From positions 11,497 through 75,496 of the IMG/VR virus record IMGVR_UViG_3300033075_001053: 64,000 bases of DNA. One strand, 5' to 3'. A program made the translations under genes and the position numbers. How positions within the stretch are numbered: position 1 is the first letter of the stretch; each line of letters opens with the position of its first letter. Under the pieces are notes generated by a model. The model was not told the DNA's origin. It searched no databases and saw only the letters and a program-made list of their open reading frames with translations. Shown here piece after piece: positions 49,039 through 58,337 of this stretch. Origin of the DNA: a virus. Its lineage: Duplodnaviria > Caudoviricetes.

Positions 49039-49930
49039 ACCACGCGTCTGAAATGATTTTCTCTGTGTGATTGATAAGTTGTACGTACTTCTGACTCACG
49101 GCCAGTGAGGAGTGATCCAGAAGTGTGGCCACCGCTACAATAGACCCGGTGCGTTGAGCTACCCGTGTGGCGGCGGTGTGCCGGAACATGTGGGGGTGAA
49201 CGCCATAACGGTCATACAAAGAGTTAATCGCAAAGCGGGAGATCTTTACGTTGGGCTCACTATAGAAGAGTAGTTCTCCCACTCTATAGGGATAGTGGAT
49301 GTAGGAGATGTAGCAATCATAAAACAATACTCCATGCGGAAGACAAACTGATTTCGGAATAAATTTTTGTACACGAACTTTCTGATTTTTTTGTCGGGTG
49401 AATTCAACCACAACAGCAGTCGGAGTTTCATATATGTCCTCCTCCTTGAGTGATAGAATTTGATCGAGTCGTCCTCCGGTGAGAAGCATAATAGCAGCAA
49501 GTAAGACATCTCGACGACGGATAAACTCTGCGTGTACCGGACCCCCTGATACGCGTCGAGTGCTAAGGCTGGTAAATATTCTCCCCAGAAGATCATCGTC
49601 GATGGATTTCTGAGAAAAATTCTGGACAGGCCGTCGATACTTCTTGACGATAGCCTCGGCCCGGCTGGTAGTAACCCCCATGAATTTAAAAATTCCCAAG
49701 CAAGAGTCCAGGACGGATCTCGTAGTTGAAATTTTTCGATGATTTCCCCTGGTCCATTGCACAATAATTTTGTCGAGGCCTTCAATCTCATCGTCATCTT
49801 TGAGTGGCTCCAGTAGTTCTTTGATAATAATGGTTGTGTATTCTATGTGCGCTTGGCTGTAGGGCTGCCCGTACTTATTAGGCTGAGACCAATACAGAGG
49901 GAGCTCGTTTAATAGTTCTCTTTTGGTCAT
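48920..49930 (-). CDS. int: Tyrosine recombinase/integrase (XerC/D-like)
   Basis: Catalytic R (LLTGGR), HxxRH (HMFRH), LDH and Y (SQKY). Confidence 0.9.
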   Translation of the reverse strand: MTKRELLNELPLYWSQPNKYGQPYSQAHIEYTTIIIKELLEPLKDDDEIEGLDKIIVQWTRGNHRKISTTRSVLDSCLGIFKFMGVTTSRAEAIVKKYRRPVQNFSQKSIDDDLLGRIFTSLSTRRVSGGPVHAEFIRRRDVLLAAIMLLTGGRLDQILSLKEEDIYETPTAVVVEFTRQKNQKVRVQKFIPKSVCLPHGVLFYDCYISYIHYPYRVGELLFYSEPNVKISRFAINSLYDRYGVHPHMFRHTAATRVAQRTGSIVAVATLLDHSSLAVSQKYVQLINHTEKIISDAWSTEVGNPAHVSHRSVQNEVETRSTSQESFAGQTASPQRQ

Positions 49931-50930
49931 TGGTTTTCCCTGAATTCATTATGAGATAACGTCGTTTCAAAATATCCGCCGATGAACACGCCAGCTCTGT
50001 CTTCACTCCACAGAGCGAAGCGCCTATCTCTCTGCCCATTTGCTGCAGGGTTGATATCCAGCAGAAGCCAGCAGGCAAATTGTGTTACTCTAAGGCGTTT
50101 CAGTCTCATGTAACGTCTTCCCTATTAGGTTTCTTATGGAGCGTGCTACGAATCTTCGGTCACAACTTAACGCCATAGTATTTGGTACAGACTCAAGAGA
50201 CATCAGTTTAACTACCAAATGAACCCAATCATTTCTTTCTAATTCATTCAGTCTCATGTATGTTCCTAAAAATCTGCCCTCGTTCTGCGCTAAAGGATCC
50301 GAATTCTTTAAGCTGCATCATCTTGATAGCGTACAGAAAATTAAACTTTTCGACTTGGAAATATGGCTCTGTTGGAGCGTCAAAAAATGCTTCAAGTTTT
50401 ATCTTCTTGGGCGATGGTTCTAAATTAGTAAGCTTCATACTTCCTCATGCAGAACGTGATAGCACAGTTCCAGCAGTAGATTGAGGTGGCCTTTCGATTC
50501 AATACCGAAGAGTTCTGCAGGGTGCGTACCTTTCGCGAAGATAATAACGCGGTCGCCGTATAAGAATGGCCCCGATGTCAGGGGACGAGCTCTTTGTATG
50601 AACATATCACGTTCTTTCAGTTTCATTGTCCCTCCTGTTCGATGTGCGCCGCAATCTCCTCGCCTACTACGAACATATCCCATATCATTGCATCGTAAAC
50701 ATAAGGCATCGGAATAGATTGAATGATGACCCCCGCACCTTGAATCACGGGTTGGTACTCGTTGTTTAGTATGGGGTTTAGACACATGGATCCACAATCC
50801 TAATCCGTGCAGCGTTCAGGCAGGGCATTACGATGGGATTCTCTGGTGGCCATGTCAACCCAACACAATAAACCGGATGGCTATTGAAAGGGGCGCTTTC
50901 CTTTATGTGCTTTGTTAACTGCAATCTCAT
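49927..50930 (-). other. Six translationally coupled short ORFs: 49927-50109, 50090-50257, 50244-50438, 50435-50626, 50623-50787, 50778-50930
   Basis: Translated by hand; 50-64 aa each with overlapping stop/start junctions. Three are absent from the ORF track; the track start at 50797 is better placed at 50626. Confidence 0.55.
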
Positions 50931-50960
50931 AGATTACCACCCATATAAAAATTGGATAGA

Positions 50961-51001
50961 GAAAAAAAAGGGCAAGAAGCATTTTGAGATACTTCTTGCC
51001 C
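50961..51001 (-). terminator. Rho-independent terminator
   Basis: 10-bp stem GGGCAAGAAG/CTTCTTGCCC followed on the minus strand by T9. Confidence 0.85.
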
Positions 51002-51019
51002 GTTCGTGTGCGAAGGATA

Positions 51020-51346
51020 TTAATCTCCCGCTTTGCGAATTGCTTTGGCATACGGGTCGTACTCTTGTTGAATGATGACCCGGTAGTATCCTTCTTCTAC
51101 CACAATCTCATCGTGCTCGGCCTTTGTGTCGGTGCCAGTATTAACGTGACGAAGTGACGACCCTTTCGGGGCTTTCACGTAGAGAACCCCATCCTTATCC
51201 TCGAAGAGCTCTGCGTTGTCACTCATGACATGAGCGTGGTTCTGCGACTCTCCGACGGCCACGACGTTTGTGTCGAGCTTTTTAACTGCCAGTGGAAGCT
51301 CATCCACTCTTTCAAAGGCGACGTCGCCTTGACGGTACTGTACCAT
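51020..51346 (-). CDS. Conserved RQGDV-motif small protein (usual partner of DUF6745)
   Basis: YRQGDV...VGESQNHAH...EHDEI...GYYRVIIQQEYDP. Confidence 0.7.
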   Translation of the reverse strand: MVQYRQGDVAFERVDELPLAVKKLDTNVVAVGESQNHAHVMSDNAELFEDKDGVLYVKAPKGSSLRHVNTGTDTKAEHDEIVVEEGYYRVIIQQEYDPYAKAIRKAGD

Positions 51347-52279
51347 TTAGGTCTCCTGTGTTGGTTGAAACTCAGCGGTTTGTTTTCCGAACGTCCATGC
51401 TTTAGCCTCCCATACATTCTTTCCGGGAGGAACGATCAGTAAGTATTCTCTCATTGAAGAGGGACACTTACAACTGTAAAAATAAATATGTTCTCCGGCC
51501 AAGGTGTCAACATCTTTTGTACGAAGAAGTTGCATAAGATTCCCTTGGTTGTCGGTGTCCTCGTCCACCGTTTCTGTGTCGAGGATCTTGAGTAATCGAG
51601 CAGCCCCGAGACGTTCCCTATAGGCTCGGCGAACTTCAACGTTTGTAAGGCCGACAAATTCCTCTCGGGTAATTGAATCAGGGGTCATGATCAGTTTCTT
51701 CGGGACCTTAACCCCTCTCCAGTAATATCCTCCGGTGTTATCGTGAAAGGTAAGAGCCGGGCCGCTGTCCGAGTGAAGCCGGCGAACTCCGTTTAATTCG
51801 ATCCAGTCTATGTGTTTGGGCATATCACAAACAATACAGAGGAAGTCGAACTGGAGTGTAGCAAAGATACCTTTCTGAATGAAGTCTTTGTACCGGTCGA
51901 ACTTCTCGTTGTTGAGTTTCCCTATTTGTGTCTGGTGATCGTAGTAAGACACCCACCCGTAGTCGGCCACATCGATATACCACGCCCATACATGAGGTTC
52001 ATACTCGGCTTCCTGGGCCATGAGCACAAGAGCTTTTCTGTAGTACTCCTCTGGGTCGTGAGTAGCGATCTCCTGTTCTGAATCACAAATAGATTCCACA
52101 GCCATAGCAATGTACTGACAATGCCGTGGGCTTATTCCGAAGAGAACAAGCGGCTTCGGAAGCTTGGAAAGCTCATACACCCATTCAACCCCCTGGCGGA
52201 CCGCGTCCTTGTCTGTCCTGGTTTTACAGTCATAGACAAGATTGACGTACTTCTCGCGTACTTCATCGAGTGTTATCAT
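51347..52279 (-). CDS. DUF6745-like domain protein
   Basis: RLHSDSGPALTFHD..GGYYWRGVKVP...NVEVRRAY..RLG and KCPSSMREYLLIVPP...EAKAWTFG. Confidence 0.7.
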   Translation of the reverse strand: MITLDEVREKYVNLVYDCKTRTDKDAVRQGVEWVYELSKLPKPLVLFGISPRHCQYIAMAVESICDSEQEIATHDPEEYYRKALVLMAQEAEYEPHVWAWYIDVADYGWVSYYDHQTQIGKLNNEKFDRYKDFIQKGIFATLQFDFLCIVCDMPKHIDWIELNGVRRLHSDSGPALTFHDNTGGYYWRGVKVPKKLIMTPDSITREEFVGLTNVEVRRAYRERLGAARLLKILDTETVDEDTDNQGNLMQLLRTKDVDTLAGEHIYFYSCKCPSSMREYLLIVPPGKNVWEAKAWTFGKQTAEFQPTQET

Positions 52280-52787
52280 TTGAATAGTAGAATAATCATA
52301 GTAACAAAAAGGCCAGCCACGACAATGATTGGCACCAACTTAAAATCAGTGCTGAGCAGCTTTTCGAATCCATCTATAAGAGCAGCCCTTTCCCGTCGGC
52401 GGTACTCCTGCATGGCAATGTGCCTATCCCGCCACTTTTCGTGCAGCTCTTGAGTAGCGTCCTGGTACCCGTCAAACGTGAGCTTTTCCATCGGCAAATA
52501 TACAATATTGTTGAACAAGTTGCAAAATTATTTTAAGAATTGCGGTCTCTTTCCCAGACTTTCAGGTTGTTGATGAGGTAATAATCCAGCACCAGCATCG
52601 GGATCATGATGATCAGCTTGAATTTGATGAGGTAATACAGAAGAACCCCATCGGCAACCAGACGAATGTAGGACCATCCTCGAGCGAAGAACAGGAGCCC
52701 AAGGCGAATAAGCGTGGGCTCCAGTCCTTGTGCGGCGTAGATAATGAGCGCAATTACGAAACCCGCATCGGCATCAGCAGCGCCCAT
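52276..52787 (-). other. Two small membrane proteins (52276-52518; 52533-52787)
   Basis: C-terminal TM in the first; several hydrophobic segments in the second. Confidence 0.45.
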
Positions 52788-54013
52788 TTCTTCCCTTCTA
52801 TGATGATGGCTCTTGTTGGAGACTCAATGGCCAGGGTGACTTGAGATTCTTTGTTAAGACAACGCTTTAAGTAGTTGACATTAAAGCCGATAACATCATC
52901 GAAGGTTGACTTCACCGGGATTTCGAACATTGAATCCGGCCCATCGTGTTGTTTGAATGTAAGGTGACACTTTCCTGGAATCAGGCGGAAGTTCATGATG
53001 ACTTGGAAGTACTTCTTGCCGACGGCTCTAATGGCCTCAAGTACCGTAGTGGCATCCAGCTCTACGTTGGCTTTGTAGTCTTTGGGAATGACGTTGTTGT
53101 ACAACGGGAACCTCTCATCGATGAACCGAACGGAGTAGGTACTGTTACCGCACTCAAAGATCAACCTTTCGTTGGTGTAGGAAACCTTCGCCCACTTAAG
53201 GAGCTTGATGATCTTGGTAGGGATGATGAATTCCTTGTCGGTTTTGAACTCGAATGGGTGTTTGCACAGAGTATATCCATCGGTGGCCGCAGCTTCGGTG
53301 CCGTTGATTAAGATTCCTGTCATGGCCGGGCGGTGCTCTTCTTTGCTCACGAAGTCCGTGAGGTGATGAATCTCTTCGAAGTTTTTCGCGCAAAGATACT
53401 CGCCTGTAAGTGGGACGTTAGTAGGGAAGTCTGAGTCCAGACTGACATTAAACTCATTTCGACCGGAGGAGTGGGTGACAACCGCCAGCCAAGATCCATC
53501 ATTGGCAATTTGCTGGAACTCAAAGACCACATTCCCTTTAAGCCTGGACAAGATCTCCAGATCTGAGTAGTGAATGAGGAATGACCCCGCTCCGGAGGTA
53601 AAGACCGGGACGTCGACGTGAGCGTAAAGCTCCAGGTCAAAGGTAATCAGTCGGGCTGTTCGGGCCCCGACCACCACGCGAACGTTCTCAAGCACCGAGA
53701 GGGCGTTAGACTTCACCTTTGGCAGTTGGGACAGGGCAGACTTGATTGTCGTTGCCTGAATAGAAAAAGTTCCAGGGATAACCCCGGTAGGCGCGGCTTC
53801 TGTTTGAAGGTTCTCTTCCTCTGTTTGAAGATCCTCAAAGTCCTCGGTTTCTTCTGCTTGCAAGTCCTCCAATTCTTCCGCTTGAAAATCTTCGTTGATC
53901 TCAGGCTCAAGAGTCTCAACCGGCGGAGCAAAAACACTCGAGACATCAGGTTCGCTGAAAGCTCGCACAAGTGACCGGCTAAGTCCGGTCAGGTCAATAG
54001 TGATATTATTCAT
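52754..54013 (-). CDS. dnaN: DNA polymerase III beta subunit (sliding clamp) with acidic N-terminal extension
   Basis: RPAMTGI, ATDGYTL, RFPLYNNVIP, IGFNVNYL and C-terminal ALLMPMR are beta-clamp signatures. Confidence 0.9.
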   Translation of the reverse strand: MNNITIDLTGLSRSLVRAFSEPDVSSVFAPPVETLEPEINEDFQAEELEDLQAEETEDFEDLQTEEENLQTEAAPTGVIPGTFSIQATTIKSALSQLPKVKSNALSVLENVRVVVGARTARLITFDLELYAHVDVPVFTSGAGSFLIHYSDLEILSRLKGNVVFEFQQIANDGSWLAVVTHSSGRNEFNVSLDSDFPTNVPLTGEYLCAKNFEEIHHLTDFVSKEEHRPAMTGILINGTEAAATDGYTLCKHPFEFKTDKEFIIPTKIIKLLKWAKVSYTNERLIFECGNSTYSVRFIDERFPLYNNVIPKDYKANVELDATTVLEAIRAVGKKYFQVIMNFRLIPGKCHLTFKQHDGPDSMFEIPVKSTFDDVIGFNVNYLKRCLNKESQVTLAIESPTRAIIIEGKKWALLMPMRVS

Positions 54014-54038
54014 AACCTCTTCAAATATGTTGATAAAA

Positions 54039-54673
54039 CTAAATGTACCTATCTAATACTTCAAACTCTTTTGCCTTCAGCCACACAACGGAGTCCATCC
54101 ACCACGAAGAACTTCCATTGGTATACATAGGAACGGGAGGATTGATCTCACTCAATAGCCTCCCGTTTGGATAAAAGTCTTTGACGGCTCTATGGACAAA
54201 ACTCATAGAGTCAATCCCGTCAGGTACCTGGAGCACCATCGGGATTGTCCTCAGGCGGTCCGTCTTCTCCCGTATGTATATCAGTGCGTATCGCATATTG
54301 TGTTCCTATGTGTGCTACTGCGTCAAGATGTTCTCCTGCGATGTTCGACTCAAACGTTGAGTCGGCCAATGTCCTGTAACATTCGTCCTTGACCTTCTGC
54401 ATGGCGCCAAGAAGAGCCAGCCGGACTGAGCTGTAGGACAATTCAGTCGGTGTAAGTTCATCTGCCCATTGTTCAAGCTGAGTCATGTTAATCCTTGATA
54501 TAAGCATTAACACCAATGGTCACTTGCTTTCCGTTGACCATAGCCGTGCTCGGTTGATTGCCGCGGGTCGAGGCCACGACAATTGACTTACCTGACTTTG
54601 AGCGCGATGGCTCGATTGGAAGTGTAATAACCAAGTAATTTTGGTTATCGCGGGTTTCTACTGATGCCTTCAT
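54039..54673 (-). other. Three short hypothetical ORFs (54039-54296; 54220-54486; 54488-54673)
   Basis: ORF track plus ribosome-binding sites; the last contains the SKSGKSIVVASTRGN motif seen in small phage proteins. Confidence 0.5.
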
Positions 54674-54712
54674 AACAACTCCTATAAGTTAAATTACTGG
54701 CAATATCGCCAG

Positions 54713-54778
54713 TTGCGCCGCCGGTGGGAGTCGAACCCACACAGTAAGTGGATGAGACTTGCTGCTCCTTGCAGCGGC
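54713..54778 (-). ncRNA. tRNA-like element lacking a D-stem, CAT anticodon (pseudo-tRNA or tRNA mimic)
   Basis: Acceptor GCCGCTG/CGGCGGC; T-arm GTGGG-TTCGACT-CCCAC; anticodon arm AAGT-CTCATCC-ACTT; only 10 nt in place of the D-arm; ends G-CAA. Confidence 0.6.
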
Positions 54779-54827
54779 AATCAGAAAGGGAAAAGCCACA
54801 CCCTTTCTGGGGTTGATCGTAACGAGC

Positions 54828-55776
54828 TCACACGCCCGGTGGCCTACCCATCATATCTCTTACTCTCACACAAAGTTCAGGTTCTTCCATGTCAATGTCA
54901 GCGCAGAATCCTTCAACTCCTGCAGTGGGCTCCATAGAATACACTGCCCACTCTTCTTCTTCGTTGTCCTGGTCTCTATCTACCACGATGACGTCGTCAC
55001 CGTAGACGTTCTGGACTATGCCTCCTTCAATCACGACGATTGTCATTTCACCCTCCCACATACCATCCATTCAGAGTCAGGGGCAAAAGGATCGGGGGAG
55101 TGGAGGAATTGTTCAAACAACACCCCAAGCTTGTACGGCTGCCCACCTAATAGTATGTGCTCTGTCCAAACTCCAAAGATTCTGTACTTCTCCCCATTAG
55201 GATGAAATTTATACCAATCCCCCAGCGGCACTTCCTTAATATCCGTCCACTGTTCATAGACTGGTGGAGTAGGTTTAGGGGTGATGCGGAGTTTTACGCG
55301 ACTGTCAAATAAAGTCACCATCCATGCAACGTTTGTTACTTTTAACCATTCGTTTTCTGAAACTTCATACTCCAACTCCGTTCTATCAAACGCATCGCAG
55401 AACTCACGGATTTGTGTTGTTGTGTAGGTCATGCCTTCTCCTCCTCATTAGTTAATAAATCTGGGTATTCGTTTAGGATGGTGTCGATGATCTCGTGCAC
55501 ATCAAAATCATTGACTCCGTATCTAAGCGCAGAGATGCCGTTAATGGCTAAATGCGTTGGTTCTTTGCTTTTCAAATCAATTGCACTCTTTACTTTCTCC
55601 AAAATCTCCCTCACCGTCTTATTCGTCTGGGCTTGGGCGATGTCTTTGAGTTCTGTTATCTGACCTATCAGCTTCGCATTGTCCACGCTTGCTTGATACG
55701 CCTGACGTTCGAGGTCATGGATCATCGCCAGTAATTCTTCTCGTGTCATTTCTCTTCCCGGTGCTTCATTGCTCAT
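54828..55776 (-). other. Three hypothetical ORFs (54828-55046; 55043-55432; 55429-55776)
   Basis: Starts reassigned to the ATGA-overlap positions; the third is a coiled coil. Confidence 0.55.
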
Positions 55777-56273
55777 TGTAGTTGTTCCTGTGTTGTGATA
55801 ATATTCAATCTTGCAAATTCGCCGTGACATATTTGAGCCATTCGGTTGTATGCCAGTGCCGCTTCTATCTCTGTATCGTAGAGTCCAATGTGAGTCTTTT
55901 TGCCATTCTGCCTTATCTGTGCCCGCCATCGACCCTTAAAGAGACATACACCCAAATACATGGACATAGACGACCGCGCCGATCTGCGATTAGCGTTGTT
56001 TTGCGCACGAGAGCATATTCGAAGATTCGCTCTTGTATTGTTCAGCCCATTCCCATCTATGTGATCTACAAAAAGTCCGGCAGGACACTGCATGATGAGC
56101 CTATGCATAGCAATGCGCTGCTGTTTTTGTGTTTCCTTGCTATAGATGTTCGCAAAGGCATACCCACACGTACCACCAATTCGCGCATAATAATGCCACT
56201 TGTATCTTGATATAAGCTCAAGATCACAGTCGTCAATTACGCAGATTTTATTTTGACTTATAGCGATGTTCAT
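55773..56273 (-). CDS. HNH-AP2 homing endonuclease
   Basis: MHRLIM...VDHIDGNGLNNTRANLR (HNH) plus YLGV...WRAQIR..GK..HIGLYDTEIEAALAYN (AP2). Confidence 0.9.
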   Translation of the reverse strand: MNIAISQNKICVIDDCDLELISRYKWHYYARIGGTCGYAFANIYSKETQKQQRIAMHRLIMQCPAGLFVDHIDGNGLNNTRANLRICSRAQNNANRRSARSSMSMYLGVCLFKGRWRAQIRQNGKKTHIGLYDTEIEAALAYNRMAQICHGEFARLNIITTQEQLQ

Positions 56274-56539
56274 TGTAACCGATCCTTGATAGTTTGAATC
56301 TTGTCTTCAAATGGGTCTGGCGATACTATGTTAATCCCATATCTACATTGCCAATCATATTGTTGCGCCTTCAACACAGCCAACTTCACCATAAGCTCTA
56401 CGCGGTCGGCTCTTATGTACTTGATACGGTTGTATGTATTCATGTCATGTCCGCCGATGGTTGCCCTGTATGGAGAGTTGTATGAGTTTGCCTCAGAGGT
56501 ACTTAGATACACTTCCTTCGGCGCTTGTTCAGGTGTCAT
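56270..56539 (-). CDS. Hypothetical protein (89 aa)
   Basis: APKEVYL...IKYIRAD pattern; shares its first 20 bp with the upstream gene. Confidence 0.55.
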   Translation of the reverse strand: MTPEQAPKEVYLSTSEANSYNSPYRATIGGHDMNTYNRIKYIRADRVELMVKLAVLKAQQYDWQCRYGINIVSPDPFEDKIQTIKDRLQ

Positions 56540-56928
56540 ATCGCATATTCTCCAAATGATAGTATGTTGTTATTCACAATGAGTATGACTGGTTTGTTTT
56601 GCTCTTGGCAAATACTCAGAGTCATGAACGTACCCCTGCTCTTGCCGTCCCAGAACGCCATTACAACGTCAGAGTCTTGCACGATGAGAGAGTTACGATG
56701 ATACGCTGCACTCTTGCCGTACTTGTCCCATTCTGGTTTGTGGATGATTGTCGGAATGCCCTGCGCTATTGCGTACTGTTCTGCGTCCGTATCGACACCT
56801 CTTGCACCTCCACTCACGAGAGTCACAATGCCGTACTTCTGAAAGAACGAGTACAAAAAGTGCTTGATGTCGTACTTGTACTCACGAGAGCCGACTACTC
56901 CGAGACGAGGCGCTTGTTCAGGTGTCAT
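56536..56928 (-). CDS. SLOG-family protein (DUF2493/YspA-like)
   Basis: GVVGSR, VSGGARGVD, EWDKYGKSAAYHRN, MAFWDGKSRGT. Confidence 0.85.
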   Translation of the reverse strand: MTPEQAPRLGVVGSREYKYDIKHFLYSFFQKYGIVTLVSGGARGVDTDAEQYAIAQGIPTIIHKPEWDKYGKSAAYHRNSLIVQDSDVVMAFWDGKSRGTFMTLSICQEQNKPVILIVNNNILSFGEYAI

Positions 56929-57898
56929 GATTGAATCCTCTCAAAGAATCTTCGCGTCAATCTCATTCCCTTGTTACCTATGAATATGTAATCATCGCTC
57001 CATCCTGTTTTAGGATGCACCCAATACATAAAGCACCATCCGTATTTGCCACGCGGCTTGTCGTTGCCGAAGTATTCGTCGTAGGATTTCGTTAACCGAA
57101 CGAAAATCCATTGAAAAAACACTCTGTTTACAAATTCGAGTTTGGTCATGATAGTAGTACCTCATTGTGCTGTTTGACGTACTCTACGTTCTTAACCTCC
57201 GAGTACCTTGCACCAATCCAACGGTTTCCGCTCTCGCTTTCGTAAGCTACCACCGCATCATCCGGCACATCAGCCAGTAGTTTTATGAGTTCGATCTTGG
57301 TCATGGGTTCATTTGGTTTGAGTTCACAGTATCGTTGTTAGTAAGAAACAGCGCGAGCGTTGCATCGTCAATCTTGCGAGACACCAACTTCTTATCCGGC
57401 ATGGATCGCTTAAGTTTTGCTCTGATATTCGAGAGCAATGTGTGTCTTTGAGCCTTAGTACAAGGGACAACTATTGCTTTGCCATCAGGTACGAGGAGCA
57501 ATTCTCGAAATACATCCATAGTATAACTATGCGTTATGCCACCCTTAGGTGCGGGTTCATCAATAATTTGGAATTTATTCATTTGTAGTTGGTTCACCCC
57601 AAGAAATTCTATAGGCACTCTCACCTGAACTAATTGGTTCTACTTTGTACCCAAGCCCCCTTAATTTCTTAACAGTCTCATCATAGTAGATTCGGGCGTA
57701 GACTTGCGGAACAGATGATGATCGTGCTACTCGACCGATGAGATCGGTAGTGCAGGTAAACTCCTCTTGCATCTGTCTCTGTTTAAGCACAATCTCTGAT
57801 TCAATATTTGCGCGGCTTAGTTCTCTGGCTTCTTCGGCTGTCAGGGGTTGTTCTTGTGTGTTTGTTGGGATAACTCGACCTGGATTCCATAGTTTCAT
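56925..57898 (-). other. Four short ORFs (56925-57149; 57146-57304; 57301-57582; 57575-57898)
   Basis: Overlapping start/stop chain; 57146-57304 (52 aa) found by hand translation. Confidence 0.55.
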
Positions 57899-57899
57899 A

Positions 57900-58301
57900 T
57901 TAGTCTTTCGTGATTAAAAATTCAAACCTTTGTTGCATTTGCTCTAAATCGCGTATTCTGTGTGTCTTTGAATGGCAAGAATCGCAAAGGGAAACCAGAA
58001 GTGACAAGTTTTGATGTTCGGTACCTCGGGTCGTATACTCAATATGATGGACTTGAATGTTCAGCACAGAGCCGCATTCCTTACAGATGTTGTTGTCTCT
58101 TTTGAGAACCAATCTTCGAATCTTTTTCCAGTATGGGGTTTGCAGAAACTCAGAGTAATCGCGAGGGAGATTTTGAGCTAATTTTTCAAAATCATCCCTC
58201 TTTTTATTTTTCTTGCTCTTCTTCTTACTCAGGTGCTTACGGGTCGCTTGCTCGGCTCGCTGCTTCGTCAGTCTAATCCTACGTTCCAGGTCCTTATCCA
58301 T
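57900..58301 (-). CDS. Small HNH endonuclease with Arg/Lys-rich N-terminal helix
   Basis: YWKKIRRLVLKRD..CKECG...QVHHIEY...LVSLCDSCH..H; N-terminus RRIRLTKQR...SKKKSKKNKKR. Confidence 0.85.
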   Translation of the reverse strand: MDKDLERRIRLTKQRAEQATRKHLSKKKSKKNKKRDDFEKLAQNLPRDYSEFLQTPYWKKIRRLVLKRDNNICKECGSVLNIQVHHIEYTTRGTEHQNLSLLVSLCDSCHSKTHRIRDLEQMQQRFEFLITKD

Positions 58302-58337
58302 GTGTATTCTCTGGTGAGCGTGAACTGAGGACACAGC

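Noticed and set aside
52515-52532. Bacteroidota-type -7 promoter TAnnTTTG (TAATTTTG here and at about 58708-58715 on the minus strand)
   Set aside because: Only two matches, no -33 TTTG element seen, and many genes have strong Shine-Dalgarno sites that Bacteroidota generally do not use; insufficient to call promoters or host.
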